Origin: Octopus sinensis
Lineage: Eukaryota
Assembly (NCBI RefSeq): GCF_006345805.1
Contig: NW_021836142.1
Span: 124,001-188,000, forward strand
Direction: 5' to 3'
Length of the DNA stretch: 64,000 nucleotides
The notes beneath the pieces are model-generated. The model was not told the DNA's origin, ran no database searches, and saw only the letters and a program-made list of their open reading frames with translations. The position numbers and the translations under genes are program-made. Numbering within the stretch: position 1 is the first letter of the stretch; each line of letters starts with the position of its first letter. This document shows positions 50,480-63,889 of this stretch, piece by piece.

Positions 50480-51000
50480 GATATGTACGTACTTGTGTGT
50501 CTGTGATTGCACCCCACCACCATCACTCGACAACTGATGTTGGCATGTTTATGTCCCTAGCAGTTTGGCAAAAGAGACTGATAAAATAAGTACTAGGCTT
50601 ACAAAGAATAAGTCTTGGGGTCGATTTGTTTGACTAAAAAAAGGCAATACTACAACATGGCTGCAGTTAAATGACCGAAACAAATAAAAGAATATATATA
50701 TATATATATATTGTGCCTTCATAACTCATTTCTAATGTGCACATTTTTGAACAATAAAGTTCTCGAAAAATACCATGTCTATAATATTCTTTTCTACTAT
50801 AGGCACAAGGCCCAAAATTTTAGGGTAGGGGCCAGTCGATTATATCTACTCCAGTACGCAACTGGTACCTAATTTATCAACCCTGAAAGGATGAAAGGCA
50901 AAGTCGACGTTGGCAGAATTTGAACTCAGAACGTAAAGACAGATGAAATACCACTAAGCATTTTGCCCAGTGTGCTGATGTTTCTGCCAACTTGCAACCT
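50480..51000. mobile_element. Family A 3' half (+, ~50480-50690) and family B (-, ~50790-51000)
   Basis: Consensus motifs of both families. Confidence 0.75.
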
Positions 51001-51713
51001 TACTCTGTGTATAATATTGCATATATTTTGGGTTTATTTTTTGCAAGTATTTTGATGTATGTGAAGGCACATGGCCTAGTGGCTAGGGGTGTTGTACTCA
51101 TGATCAAAAGATTGTAGTTTCAATCCCCAGACTGGCAGTACATTGTATTCTTGAGCAAAATACTTCATTTCATGTTATTTCAATGATGAACTGATGTTCC
51201 ATTCAGGAATAATGTTTGCCTGCTATCCTAGCGAAAGCAGTGTCATCATTCAAAAGCTACAACAAAGAGATGTAATGCATTCTGGCCAGTGGTGAATAAG
51301 AACATCTAACAGTCTGGTTGATACAGTCATACAGTGATTTTATATGTAGAAAATGTTTTTAATCTGTTGCAGTCTGAAAAGTTCATATGCTCTCAAATTT
51401 GAAACTGACCTTTGAACTGAACCAGTACAGGCAGTAAAATTGTAACCTGGTGTTAATTGAAACTGTGGAAAGTCAACCAGTAAGGACAGGATATGAAAAA
51501 CATATAATGAAGAATATAAACACTTCTGTTTAATATTTTTAATAACGTTTTCTTTCAATAGAAATATTTATGGCGATGATTCATTATATAATTTTCGTAT
51601 TTATGAAACAAAATTGTTTTTCTTGTTTGTTTCTTTTCAGATATTTACACTTTGATAGATTACACTATGTATTAGCCTTATTGGTTATTTATTAAATTAA
51701 TTTTCACATTCGT

Positions 51714-52100
51714 AGGAGTGGCTGTGTGGTAAGTAGCTAGCTTACCAACCACATGGTTCTGGGTCCAGTCCCACAGCATGGCACCTTGAGCAAGTCTCTT
51801 CTACTATAGTCTTGGGCCAACCAAAGCCTTGTAAGTGGATTTGATAGAGGGAAACTGAAAGAAGCCCGTCGTATATATATATATATAAATAAATATATAT
51901 ATATATACATATGTATGTGTGTGTATGTTTGTCCCCACAACATCGCTTGACAACCGAGGCTGGTGTGTTTACGTCCCTGTAACTTAGCAGTTCGGCAAAA
52001 GAGACCGATAGAATAAGTACTAGGCTTACAAAGAATAAGTCCTGGCATCGATTTGCTCGACTAAAGGCAGTACTCAAGCATGGCCACAGTCAAATTACTG
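51714..52100 (+). mobile_element. Full-length family A SINE
   Basis: Matches the A consensus from head to tail. Confidence 0.9.
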
Positions 52101-52650
52101 AAATAAGTAAAGAGTAAAGAGAGATTCAAGTAGTTCTATTTTTTTTATACAAAAAATATTTTTACAGTCTTGTCTTCCAAACCATCTTGCTTCACAGGAC
52201 ATAGATCTGCAAGTTGTGCATAAACAATTAATACATTGTCACCATCACAGAAAAGAAAAATATGTAGCATTATTATGGTAATCTTAATCCTTTGTAACAC
52301 ATCATTTGGCTTCAAGAATTCATCAACTAATTTCTGTTATGCCATCCTGAATGTAGGCTGGGATAAAAAGTATAACATTTAGTTCCATTGTGCTGTACTA
52401 ACTCCTAACATTTACATTTAAAAAATGGATATAAAATGCATAAACAAATATAATACATATATATATATATACCCACACACATATATATATGTATATACAC
52501 ACACATATATACATTCACATATACATACACATACATATATACATATACATATATATAAAATATTATTAGAGACAAAACCACTATTTTGCAAAACAAACAA
52601 GGAAAGACTTAATCAATACATAAAATTTTAATAAATAGTCAAAAAAACCG

Positions 52651-52693
52651 CCACTACAATTGTTTCTTGTCTTGATCGACAATCTTCAGGTGG
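52651..52693 (-). ncRNA. Minimal type I hammerhead ribozyme with intact core
   Basis: CCAC-CUGAAGA-UUGUC(GAUCAA)GACAA-GAA-ACAAUUGU-A-GUGG: 4-bp stem I, CUGANGA, 5-bp stem II, GAAA, palindromic stem III, GUA cleavage triplet. Confidence 0.75.
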
Positions 52694-52764
52694 ACTTCCA
52701 ATAAGTCAGTTTCAAATTATATATATATATATATATGCTTAAAATATCTGGTGTTGTAAATATA

Positions 52765-53280
52765 TTACATCCACCTATGAGTTGCTGAGTAACTGCTTCA
52801 AAACCCAGTCATTGTGCTGTAAGAGCTGGGTCAGGCAGCTCCTACCTGGCCAAAAGGCCTCCTGGGTACCACTCAGCAGGTTGTTTTCTTCAAGAAATGT
52901 GATTAGTTTCCCTCTGATTATCCAGTTCATGACTTTACTGATGTGTAAAGTCAGAGAGATAGGCCTATAGTTTTTGGCATCTGCTCTGCTTCCTCCTTTA
53001 TGGATTAGGCATATTATTCCCTCCTTCAGTTTGCTTGGCAGCCTACCATTTGCAAGAAAGCTCTAGAAGAAAATCTGTAGTGCTTTCATCAGGGCACACT
53101 TTCACAATTTGAAGAGGATTGCTGGGAAACCATCAGGACCAGCAATTGTGTTTGCATCCACCTCATCTATGGCTAGTAATATATCTTCTTCACTAATGTC
53201 AATGTAAGCCGTCATAACTGCCTTGCTGGTTATAGGTGAGGTGGCAAAGAAATCCTCTAGTTCGTTCACTTGTCTGTGTT
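52765..53280 (-). mobile_element. CR1/Jockey-like LINE RT N-terminal fragment, pseudogenised
   Basis: AGPDGFPAILFKL...KNYRPISLTLHISKVM...GRSCLTQLLQHNDW...VDVIYL. Confidence 0.85.
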
Positions 53281-53779
53281 CCAACAGTGTATTAAAGACA
53301 ATGGAGATTGGGAAGTTAATAATTGATTATGATTAACAGCAAATTAATTATCTTCACTTACAGTTGTTTCAATTGATACTCAGTAAATATTAAATTTATA
53401 CTTTTATGGCCTGAGCATAATACATTCAGAGGAAAAAGATATATCTTTGAATATTTTATGTGTGTTAATGGAATCATTATTGCAGACTATACAACATACA
53501 AGGGTATATTTTTTCTTCTGAAGATATTATGCTCAGTTCATATAAATATAAATTTAATATTTACTGAAGCAGCTAGTAATAGGTTATAGTATCATGCATA
53601 ACTTAGCCAGCATCATTTCCTCCATAAATAATAAAAAAACTAGATAATTTTCTTTTTAAGTAGAAGTAACAATAATAACAAGAGCAGTAATAGTAAGAAC
53701 AAAAATAATAACCACCCCAAATTTAGTAACGATAACAATCAGAACCATAATAACCCTATCAACCTTAATAGACCTAGCA

Positions 53780-54220
53780 CCAACCCACTAGCAAGTAATT
53801 CTCTCCCCACCTATGTGACTGTAGGAATAAAGATGACTGTGCCCTCTAAAATACCTGTAAAAGTAAAGATGTAATTTACCAGTGCACTGTCACAACACAA
53901 GTTTAGTAAAAAGATATACAGAGGAGCTAACCAAAATGAAATGAAATAAAGACTAGCCACACACTAACACTCTTTCAGAAATAGAAATAAGATTAACTCA
54001 ACCGGATTAAGTAAATTTATTTGGGAATTTAAAGTTAAAGATACTAGATTCCTTTTAGAATAGAAAGTCCTTGCCTCAGCACCTTCGTACAATGCAAAAA
54101 ATAAGAAATGCTATCTTTGCATCAATGAAAAGTTTTTATACTAGCGGCATAACACCCATTACTTAACTTGAGGGAAGAGAGCAACATAGCCTGCCTGCAC
54201 AAGAGTAAGTTAAATAGCAT
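53780..54220 (+). mobile_element. Penelope-like element GIY-YIG endonuclease remnant
   Basis: Frameshifted ...KDVIYQCTVTT...KIYRG...H*HSFRNRNKINSTGLSKFIWEFK...KVLASAPSYNAKNKKCYLCINEKF...CLHKSKL follows the PLE CPL..VIY..YIG..STxLSKxIW..CxLCxxEK..CRH pattern. Confidence 0.7.
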
Positions 54221-56046
54221 GAAGACCCTTTGCACCATCCCCACAAATAGCACCCAGAGCTCTTCACCACAGAAATAGTAGTTCTCGATATTAAATGAAG
54301 GCATATATTAACTTCCAAATTAAATCTAGTTTAATAGTATTACACACTTAGGCCCCTTATAGTTCATCCAGGAGTAATATCCTTTCACCAACATATCCGA
54401 GTTTAAATTCCTCTTCCCCTCCACCCATAATATCTAAATACATAATATATTTATTAATCTATCTTTCCTTGATATAACCTCCTCACCCACTTTAATAAAG
54501 ACTGTTCTTTCAACTATGAACCTAATTTAGAATACAGAGGACATTAGTACTTAACCCCCCAAAATAAATCCCCCTCCCCCATGAGAGCCTGTACCTGCCA
54601 TCTCAACAAAGGTTGTACTTGCAACTATTTTTACTTAACTGAACTTTCTATATGATGGATCAGCTTGTTTTAATTAACTTCCTTTCAGTCTTGGTCTAAT
54701 TTTCAGCCAGCATACTGGTCTATTTCCATTAGATTTACCCCATTAGATTTACCCATTTAGGAGCCCCCTGTCTAACATAACAATTTAACAACCTAATATT
54801 AACTGCACACCTCTTTAGATTGTATTTGTGTGTACTTGGTACTACAGTAGACACTTTCCTATGAGCTATTATTGTCCTTAGGAATATTTTGTATGAATGG
54901 AAATTAAATTTTGTAGTAGGCCCCATATGGTTGCACCCAAGCAAGGATTAATATAACTACAAGTTTAGTAATATAAACAATATAATAATAATGATGATAA
55001 TAATAATAATAATAATAATATATGAAGTAGGATTTAGTAAACTGTAGTAGGACACAGCATTTGTAACCATATTAGTAATTAGCAAGTGATTTAACTTATA
55101 ATCATTTAATTAATTTGGGGTTTTGTGCTTTTCCTTTCTCATAGGTCTACTAGGCAGAATGTATTGAGGAATGTTTAGACAATTAGTGTTTGTCTAGTAT
55201 AACCACCACTTGGGACTATGGCGGCTATTTAAGAGGATAGATTTAGTATTATAAATAGAAGGTAAATGCCCTAGCAACTACCACCTCATGACGGTAGTCT
55301 CCCCTTAACTGTTAGTTATTTACTGTCACATGTTAGGTTGGTTTATATTGACATAAGCGACCTTGGGCTACTTATGACAGGGGCTACTTCTCCATACCTT
55401 TATTTTATTTACTTCTTTATTTACATCTACCCCTATAAAGTCTAAGCTTTCCCTTGCTTTTAAATTCAACTGACCAATTATAGTCATGGCTGGACTTTGG
55501 TCAATTCCATTACGGACAACAGGTGGTTGGTCTTTAAAATCTATCAGTAAGTACACTAATGTATCAACTTTATGGGTATGTTTTTGGATAAGTATAAATT
55601 AGCACTATTTACAAAATCATAAGAACTATTCTTTTTCTAGACCTATTGGCAAATCCAGTTATACTTAATTACTGATTTTATTTTCTTATTATTTATACAC
55701 CCTGGTACCCCTAAAGAAAGATTACCCCACCAATTATTTTCCTAGTTTATTCAGTTGCTCATCGATTTCAAGCTTTAAAATCCAAAATGGTATGCTTCTG
55801 ACTTGTTAAGCTTTCTTTTCTCATCGAGAGACCCTGTTCTTTCCTCTTTCCTATTTTACTTTATGTATTTGCCTTCACTCTGATGAAGCTCCATGTACCA
55901 GATCGGATGTGCGATAAAATATGACGAATATCGTTCTCGACATAGGCAGCAGAAATAGGTGTTAAAGTTTTGTATTAAGAAAATGATAACCAATGGTAGT
56001 CGATTTGTTTGTTGATCAAATATTTTCTCCATCTTCTGCTTAATTT

Positions 56047-56078
<32 letters not shown>

Positions 56079-56255
56079 GATAGATAGATAGATGTATACA
56101 CACACAGATATATATAAATATATATATATGTATGTACATGTATATATACACACATATATATATATATATATATATATGTATGTTTATATATATATATGTA
56201 TATATATATATACACACACACATGCAGAATAATTACTATGAAGCATTGTGTAGAA

Positions 56256-56509
56256 TATATTGCATAAAAGATCGTGGGTAAGGCCAAAACAATGTGAAGT
56301 AAATGCAAGATAAATCACAAGAAAACAAATATGTGAATTGATGTAGAATTATCTTGCATTCAATATTTTGGGGTTATGATCCCATTGTCAAGAAATTGAC
56401 GAATGTTGCCAACACACATCGGTGACATTCATCAATTTGTTTTCTTGTGATTTACCTCGCATTTACTTCACATTGTTTTGGCCTTACCCACAATCTTTTA
56501 TACAATATA
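56256..56509. mobile_element. Fold-back MITE with ~75-bp outer arms and an inner hairpin
   Basis: ATAAAAGATCGTGGGTAAGGCCAAAACAATGTGAAGTAAATGC... is mirrored at 56437-56509; flanked by TA. Confidence 0.82.
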
Positions 56510-57099
56510 TATATACATTTGTGTGTATATATATCTATATACAAATATATATAGTCTTAAGGTATTATTGTCCCTTACCATCTAATTATTCAACCATGGT
56601 AAGGAACAACAATAGCACAAGGCTGGAGGCATGGCTAGAAACAGACAAATTAGTTCCATATAGATACGATGAACAAATTTCATCCTCTCCCTTTCCCTTT
56701 TCTTTTCTTCTTTCATCCCTACTACCTTCCTATCTCCATTCATTTAGGCACTTGACTCCAACAATGATAGCATCCTAACAGTCATTCACTAGATTTTCAA
56801 TCGATCAATCCACCGATTAAGAAAACTAAGCCATGACTGCACTCAAAATGCTAATCAGAAACAGCTGTAAGTCTATAATGCACAGAAAATATATAAATCC
56901 CATTATTTATGCCTTTTCCTTTTATATAACACTGGGAAAAATACCATATTAACTTGGAAATGACACCATGAATTTATAAAGTTGATTGGAGATAGACTTC
57001 AACTTAGACCTTTTGTTAGTCTAGTGTGTATGTTTCAGCAGAGCTTTAGAAGTATTTTGCCAGATTACTAAACCATTACTAATAACTCTTTATATATAT

Positions 57100-57180
<81 letters not shown>

Positions 57181-57468
57181 AACACACACACATTTAAATG
57201 TATATTTTTTATATCTTCAAAAATTTTTTTTAACTTTCAAGAGAATGTGGACTAATTTCTTTCAGGTATATCACATAATATACACATAGAGCTATAAATA
57301 ATAGCATGTATTTTTTTTTTTTTTACTTCTATCCAAAATGGTTTTACAACACAATAATTACATGCTATGTAAACACTGGGTTGTAAAACCATTTATGTGT
57401 GTGCTATGAGATATTCCAATAAAGAACTACTTCATATATATATATATATATATATATTTGTGTGTGTG

Positions 57469-57503
<35 letters not shown>

Positions 57504-58042
57504 CACACACACACATATATAGTCATGTATATACACACACATATAAACATATACATATACACATACAAACACACACACAAACAACTATATCTATATATGC
57601 ATGAATATATATAAGCAAAGGCATAGCTATGTGAATAGAGAGTTCACTTTGTTATGATATAATTGCAAGTTTTATCTTACTGGGAGCAATTTTGAGCAAT
57701 TATCTTCTGACATAGCCTCTGGCCAACCAATGCTTTTTTTGAGTGAAATTAATAGACAGACAGAGACTAGGGACTCATCATATATAAATGTGTGTGTGTA
57801 AGTATGTGTGTCTCTCTCTCAGTGTATCTGTGTCTGTGCCAATGTATGTGTGTATACTTTCAGTGTCTCTGCAATGTTAAATAAGATATTGTGACATTTG
57901 TTTCTATTCCCTGCTAAAATATTGGCATTCAGGTTCTGCGCTTTCAAAAACAAGTGGAGTAAAATGTCTTCTACTTGACTGAAAAAGCAAATGGGACCCA
58001 GCAATAGGAAGGGCATATTGCTCTACTTATATATATATATAT

Positions 58043-58319
58043 ATCAAAATAAGCAACAAGAATAACTTCGGTAATTTAGTACGATCGTTTCACACTACAT
58101 CATTTTATTAAATATTGTAAGTATTCCAACAGTTTTAAAATGTTGAGCAATCATCAGTCAATTGATATGAAAATTATGTATTTATAGAAAACCTCTATAA
58201 ATGGTTGATGATTGCTCAACATTTTAAAACTGTTGTAATACTTACAATATTTAATAAAATGATGTAGCGTGAAATGATCGTACCAAATTACCGAAGTTAT
58301 TCTTGTTGCTTATTTTGAT
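58043..58319. mobile_element. Fold-back element, ~114-bp arms with ~49-bp spacer, at a (TA)n
   Basis: 58043-58156 is the reverse complement of 58206-58319 with few mismatches. Confidence 0.88.
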
Positions 58320-58699
58320 TATAATCACCCCATGGATTTATATGGATAACACCATACAAAATTCTGGTGCATCTAACTTAAGTACCATATTCATTTGAAT
58401 CTAAATTTTTCTGAACTTATATATATATATATATATATATTATTCAAAGGAATTCGAACTTTGTTCGAATAAGTCTGTTTTTTATGTTTTATTTATATTC
58501 TTTATAATATTAATGTAGAATATAGAATATATAGTATAAGTAGTATATATAGTAAAATGAAATGAAGTATTGATTGTCTTATTGAATAGATGAAATATTG
58601 AATATCGAATATTAAGGGACTAGTATACTTTCTTGCATTAAAGCAGTCTTCAAGGTCTCGCTAAGCATTTCACCTGGCGTGCTAACATTTTTTATACGA

Positions 58700-59000
58700 T
58701 TATTTTATGAATTCACCTTCAGCTTGATGACTGCTTCAGTGTGGGACTGGAATTATTGGTATTCAGCTGTACTAAATGGTCTTTATTAATTTCAGACATC
58801 ATCTGGACAACAGCAGCCTTCAGTGAATCAATGAGAATGTTGATTACTCTTTTTCAAACTTAGCAGCCCATGGAATACAAATATGATTAATCTGGGAGCC
58901 ACAAGTTTAATATAACACAATTACAGATATCGTCTGACGTCCATGTTTGGGTTACGTGGTTTTTCAAAGAAGCATTTATGTGTTAATTGTGCACTTTGTA
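58700..59000 (-). mobile_element. Decayed Tc1/mariner C-terminal remnant
   Basis: IDSLKAAVVQMMSEINKDHLVQ...FQSHTEAVIK.EGEFIK* resembles the maT-type C-terminus. Confidence 0.55.
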
Positions 59001-59799
59001 AACGGGTCCCTTTTGCTCACCCCTTTTCTAATTGTCAAGGACTAGGTTTTCCCCTGGCTATAGAATATTCTAATTTGAAATTCTCAGTCATCTGGAAGAC
59101 AATCTATGTAATGACATCCCTCTTCAGGGGTAATTGAAATTTGAAATGTATGGGAATTTTAGCTGTTTCTCTTTAATATGAACTCTTGTCTCATGTGAGT
59201 TCTAGTAAGAAGAGTTCTTCAGAAATATCTGACAGGCATGTTGGTTACATAACTCTAATTAGGCAAAGAAATTAGAATAATATTTAATCAGGTAGATCAT
59301 TGTTTACTGTAACTCTAATATCTCTAGCATGCTAAACTCAGAGAATTTTATTATTTTGGTCGTTAGTGTTGAGGTTGTTGTTCTTAGATTTACAGTTTGC
59401 TGATTCAGTTTCTAACAATTCATGATATCAGTCTGTAGGCTGGGTTTGCTGAAGGACATCAATCTTAATTATTGTTATATATTTAAAAGGGAGGTTATTT
59501 TAAATGAAGGTAATCACATCACTGTAAATTAGATTCCTGTTTAAGACACTGGTTACATTATTTATAGGATAAGTTTAAGGCTGGCTGAATTGTTAGCATG
59601 CTGGACAAAATGCAAAGTAGCATTTCATCTGTCTCTGTATTCTGAGTTCAAATATCACCGAAATTGACTTTACTTTTCATCCTTACAGGGTCAATAAAAT
59701 ATGTACTAGTTTATCACTGGGTTCAAAGTAATCAACTAGCTCCCTCCCACAAAATTTCAGGCCTTCTGCCTGTAATAGAAAGTATTATTTATATCATAA

Positions 59800-61600
59800 G
59801 TGATTGTGTTTTTTGCTCTTAAAAGAGACAAATTTGGCCTGGTTGTACTGGAGGGCACCCTCAAGGTCTTCAGCAGGTTTGGCATGCGGTATCTGGGTTA
59901 GAAAATATTTGTGGTTAGAGTAAGTTAGGGAGAAGTGAAGGATCGTATTAAATACATTAGAGTGTTGGATTTGGTGGCAAGTAAATCATTGATAAAAAGA
60001 AGGAAGTGAGTAGAGGGAGACAAGCGAATTCTGAGGTATACCAGCAGTGATTGAGAGTGGTCCTGAAAGAACTCCATCAACACATGCTATAATGGTGTGA
60101 TCTAATCATGAGCTACAGATCCAAGAGATAAGACATGTGTTGAGACCTAAGAGGGAAGTTTTAAAAGGGAGTTTGTTTCCCAGACATGGCTGATGGCTTT
60201 TTTTATGTTTAGAGCAACAACTCTGACTTCATCGAACTACTCAAAGGCGAAACCCATTGGTAAAAGTGACATGAGAGAGTAGTTTTACATTAATCTAGCT
60301 CTATGGAAGCAGTAGTGATAATTCTCGAGGAGAGAGAGAGAGAGAGAGAGAGAGAAGGGGGAGAGACAGATAGACAGAGAAATTCAGTATGATGGAAAAT
60401 GTCATAGTTAATGATCATTTCAACATTACCTTGAAAATATTTGAGGTGAGAACAATGGAATGATAGCTGGCCAGCACAGAGGTTTTGTTTTTCTTGGCAA
60501 AAACTGATGCATGTTTCCAAATGACATTGTATATCTCTGTAGATAGTGAGAGATGATAATGTTTTGTGAGTATAGGGACAAGTTCTGAGGAGCACTGTTT
60601 AAGTGTAATAGAAGAAATATCATCTGGGCCTGTAGTCTTGTTTGTTTGAAACAGTTGGAGTTAGTTTTTCAGTTGCTCTGCGTGTAAGTGTATTATAAAG
60701 GAAAAGATATTTAGTCAAGTTGACCAAGGTTGTGTAGTGTGAACCTGGATGCAAAGAGAAAGTGAAAGCAGAAGCTTTTTTATGGTGGTACTGTTTATGA
60801 TGCCATGATTGTTTAGAAGAGGAGGGAAAAAGGAACCCATAAAGAAGGATTGGCTCTGTTTGAGAGGCAGGAAAGCTTAAAGGCCAAATTATACACGAAG
60901 GCATCCTTTGCAAACTGGTGTGCTGCCAAGTTAACTTAATCTAGTTTTGGGGAGCAGGTAAAATTCTCCAAACATTGTGGGTCTTGATTTTTTCCTTTTG
61001 TCTAAACAGCTGCAGCACATCTGTAAGTGACCCACTTAGTGAACTGGGTTTTAGGGCTGTGGGGAATGTGGTGGGGTCTGGAATGATATATGTTTATTGC
61101 CAGAGATATGTGGTATAGGATTTGTAGAACTCCGAACACTCCTTTAGAGTTAGATGGGGAAGACATATTGAATAGAATGTTCTGTGTTGAGCAGTTGTGA
61201 CAAAGCTGTGATTGGTTTGAGATAGATAAGGTTTTGAGATACGAAAGAGGCCAAGAGCATTTGGGATGTCTGTGTGATGTATATCCATATTTCATTATTC
61301 TGTTATTTACAGTGTTCTTCACAAGATCCTGATCTTCACTAATTTCACTAGCTATAATACATTAAAACTCAGTTTGAATCTCGCTTGCTTGCAATGTTAC
61401 CCAGCCAAACTGGAGCATAATGGGAAAATCTTACGAATTTAACTCCATCATGAAAGGAAAGAAACTCTAACCTTTTGATGTCACATTCGTTGAAAGCATG
61501 TGAAATAATTTGGAAAAGAAAAAAACCCATGAAACAAAACTCTGTTGCTAGGAGACTTAGTTTCCCAGTGGCCCAATGGGTCATGGGCTGTCTAGTCTTG
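59800..61600 (-). mobile_element. Decayed CR1/L2-group LINE (RT region), interrupted by (GA)n
   Basis: TTGPDDISSITLKQCSSELVPIL...WKHASV...VRVVALNIKKAISHVW...CVDGVLSGPLSITAGIPQNSLVSP...INDLL, with many stops and frameshifts. Confidence 0.8.
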
Positions 61601-62224
61601 TATATATATATATATATATATATAACCTGATACAACAACAAAGAATCAATAAGAAAAGTTCTTTTATAGAAAAATATAAACCAAGATTAAATCATTAACC
61701 AAATACTGTTTCTAATTCCATTTTTAATATATTTAAAATATAGTTTCCCTTATATTTTTGAGTAATCAAAAATACAAAGATTTACATCCCTACTTAATTT
61801 AAACCTAATAATATACAATAATTACCTCCTTTGTTTCATAGTGAGTCTATAGCAAAACTGCTTCTGGTAGACATGCTATATAATAAGTGAAGGCAAGTAG
61901 CAAGCCATTACACATATGCATTGCAATGAATATCTTCTGTAAGAAGTGAAACTAGTTTGAAGTTAAGTACTTTGATGTATTTTTGTAATTATAAAACCTG
62001 AAAAGTTTTAATAAGATATTTGGAAATTATTTGGTTGAACTTGGAATCTGCAACTTTGAAATAATTTGATGGTATTAATCTGCTTTTCAATGCATATTAT
62101 TGTATTTGGAAATTATTTGACTGTAATAATATACTTTGGAATTGAGTCACTGAAATATAAAAGGAAAATCATACAAATACATACGTGTGTATATATGTGT
62201 GTTTGTATGTGTGAGTGTGTGTAA

Positions 62225-62920
62225 TCTATTATATAAAATCCGTCCTGTCTGTCTGTGTCTTCTAGGTTCTCGGGCATCCTCCATCCAATTGCACTCAAAT
62301 TTGATATGTAGATACCGACGGTATCAGGGCGTGTATATGTCTTGAAAAAATTACAAAAAATCGATTCTAGGGGAGAATGCGATCGATAAAGCCGTGGGAA
62401 CGTGCATTTGCATGTGCAAGTACATCAGCTGTTGTGATTGATACAATGTGTATGCGAGAACAATGCACGTGCAGTTTGTGCAAAAAATCATCATGCTTTT
62501 CGATCTAGATTTACCTCCAGCTAACCCATTTGCATGCATCGTTTTTCTCCTACTTTTCTTCCGTCAACCTGTACATAACTGCACCTTCCATTTTTTGTTG
62601 TTTTTATACTGCTTAAAGGCACGTTTCTTTCCTGCCAGCTTTACTGTTTAAACCATGTTTGTGTTCTCCCAGTCAACAGCCTCATCATTACTGGTACTTT
62701 AAACTCTTCGGTTGCATATTTGTGTGAATAAAATCGGTTTTCTTTAGAATAGAAAAAAAGTCTATCTATATTTCTTCCTTTGCTGGTGTCTCAAATTTAG
62801 GTTAAATCAGTGTTTCTCAAAAGGGAGGCCTATGAGACGGTCGGACAAGTTGTTTTGAGTAAATTTGGTTTAAATGTTTGACAACTCAGCACCGTCCATT
62901 GGACAGGGGACGTTTTGCTT
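62225..62920 (+). mobile_element. Helitron-superfamily non-autonomous element (HINE/DINE-like), tentative
   Basis: A|TCTATTATATAAAATCCGTCCTGTCTGTCTG start, internal GATACC-GAC-GGTATC hairpin, and a 3' CCGTCCATTGGACAG hairpin before a T run. No CTAG end seen. Confidence 0.4.
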
Positions 62921-62943
62921 TTATATATATATATGTATGTATG

Positions 62944-62974
<31 letters not shown>

Positions 62975-63252
62975 AAGAGAATTTATGATAAACACAAGTT
63001 TATATGATTTTTTTCCTTCATACCTAACATCATTGAAGTTCTTTGCAAATTCTGTGTAAGATGCTAAGATGTTCCAAGCAGAGATGGATGCTGATCCACA
63101 GGGGTTCACCATTGAGGGCAACACTTCATTACAATTTTTTGCATAGATCATAATTTTTCGTTTGTTTTTGTTTGTTTTTCAAATCCAGTAATACTACGAA
63201 GTACATTACTAACCACATCATTATACCAAAAGCAGACTGGACGATGATGATA

Positions 63253-63785
63253 CAGTGTGGCGCAGAGAGGATGGATGTTTTTTGAAATGGCTATTACTCA
63301 GCCCCAAAGAGAGCATCATATGTCAGACAGGGACCAATTGGTCCCCAGTGTCTTTGCACCTTGTTTTCTTTTCAGGTGAAGCCATGGCACTGTGGATGAT
63401 AGAGCATTGTGTGTTTGCCTATGTAAGTTATGGGAAGAATAACAACTCTGTCACAGCAGTTCAGTGTGATTTTCGGCACCACTTCGACATTCACACAAAT
63501 CAGGCTGTCCCCACTTGTAACACAATCTTACGTTGGGTGAATGCACTTCATACATGAGGTACACTAATGAATAGGAGATCGGTGGGGCTGCCACAAATGG
63601 TACAGACCCTAGAATGCCTTCAGAAATACATCAATGGAAACGTGATGGATATTGTTTTTCACATTTAATCTTGACAAATGTTAGTTCAATACGAAAACAT
63701 CCATGTTAATAACATTTGTTTGTAGCTAAAATTAATGATTTGGGGAATTTTTTCCAAAAACGTCCATCTTTTCTGCCCCACCCTT
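63253..63785 (+). mobile_element. Internally deleted Tc1/mariner-superfamily element (N-terminal HTH retained)
   Basis: TA|CAGTGTGGCGCAGAGAGGATGGATGTTTTT is mirrored by AAAAACGTCCATCTTTTCTGCCCCACCCT; MALWMIEHCVFAY...SVTAVQCDFRHHF...VPTCNTILRWV. Confidence 0.78.
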
Positions 63786-63826
63786 TTATTATATATGAAG
63801 CTCTAAACTCACCAATAGTAGTTATA

Positions 63827-63863
<37 letters not shown>

Positions 63864-63889
63864 CCCATCAATTCAAATGAAATTTTAGT

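Noticed and set aside
56590-56605. CAACCATG|GTAAGG as a start codon followed by an intron
   Set aside because: No supporting downstream in-frame exon or promoter signal found in the window.
58795-58870. Plus-strand exon candidate after a TTTCAG acceptor
   Set aside because: The opposite strand is a mariner transposase remnant, and all frames close quickly.
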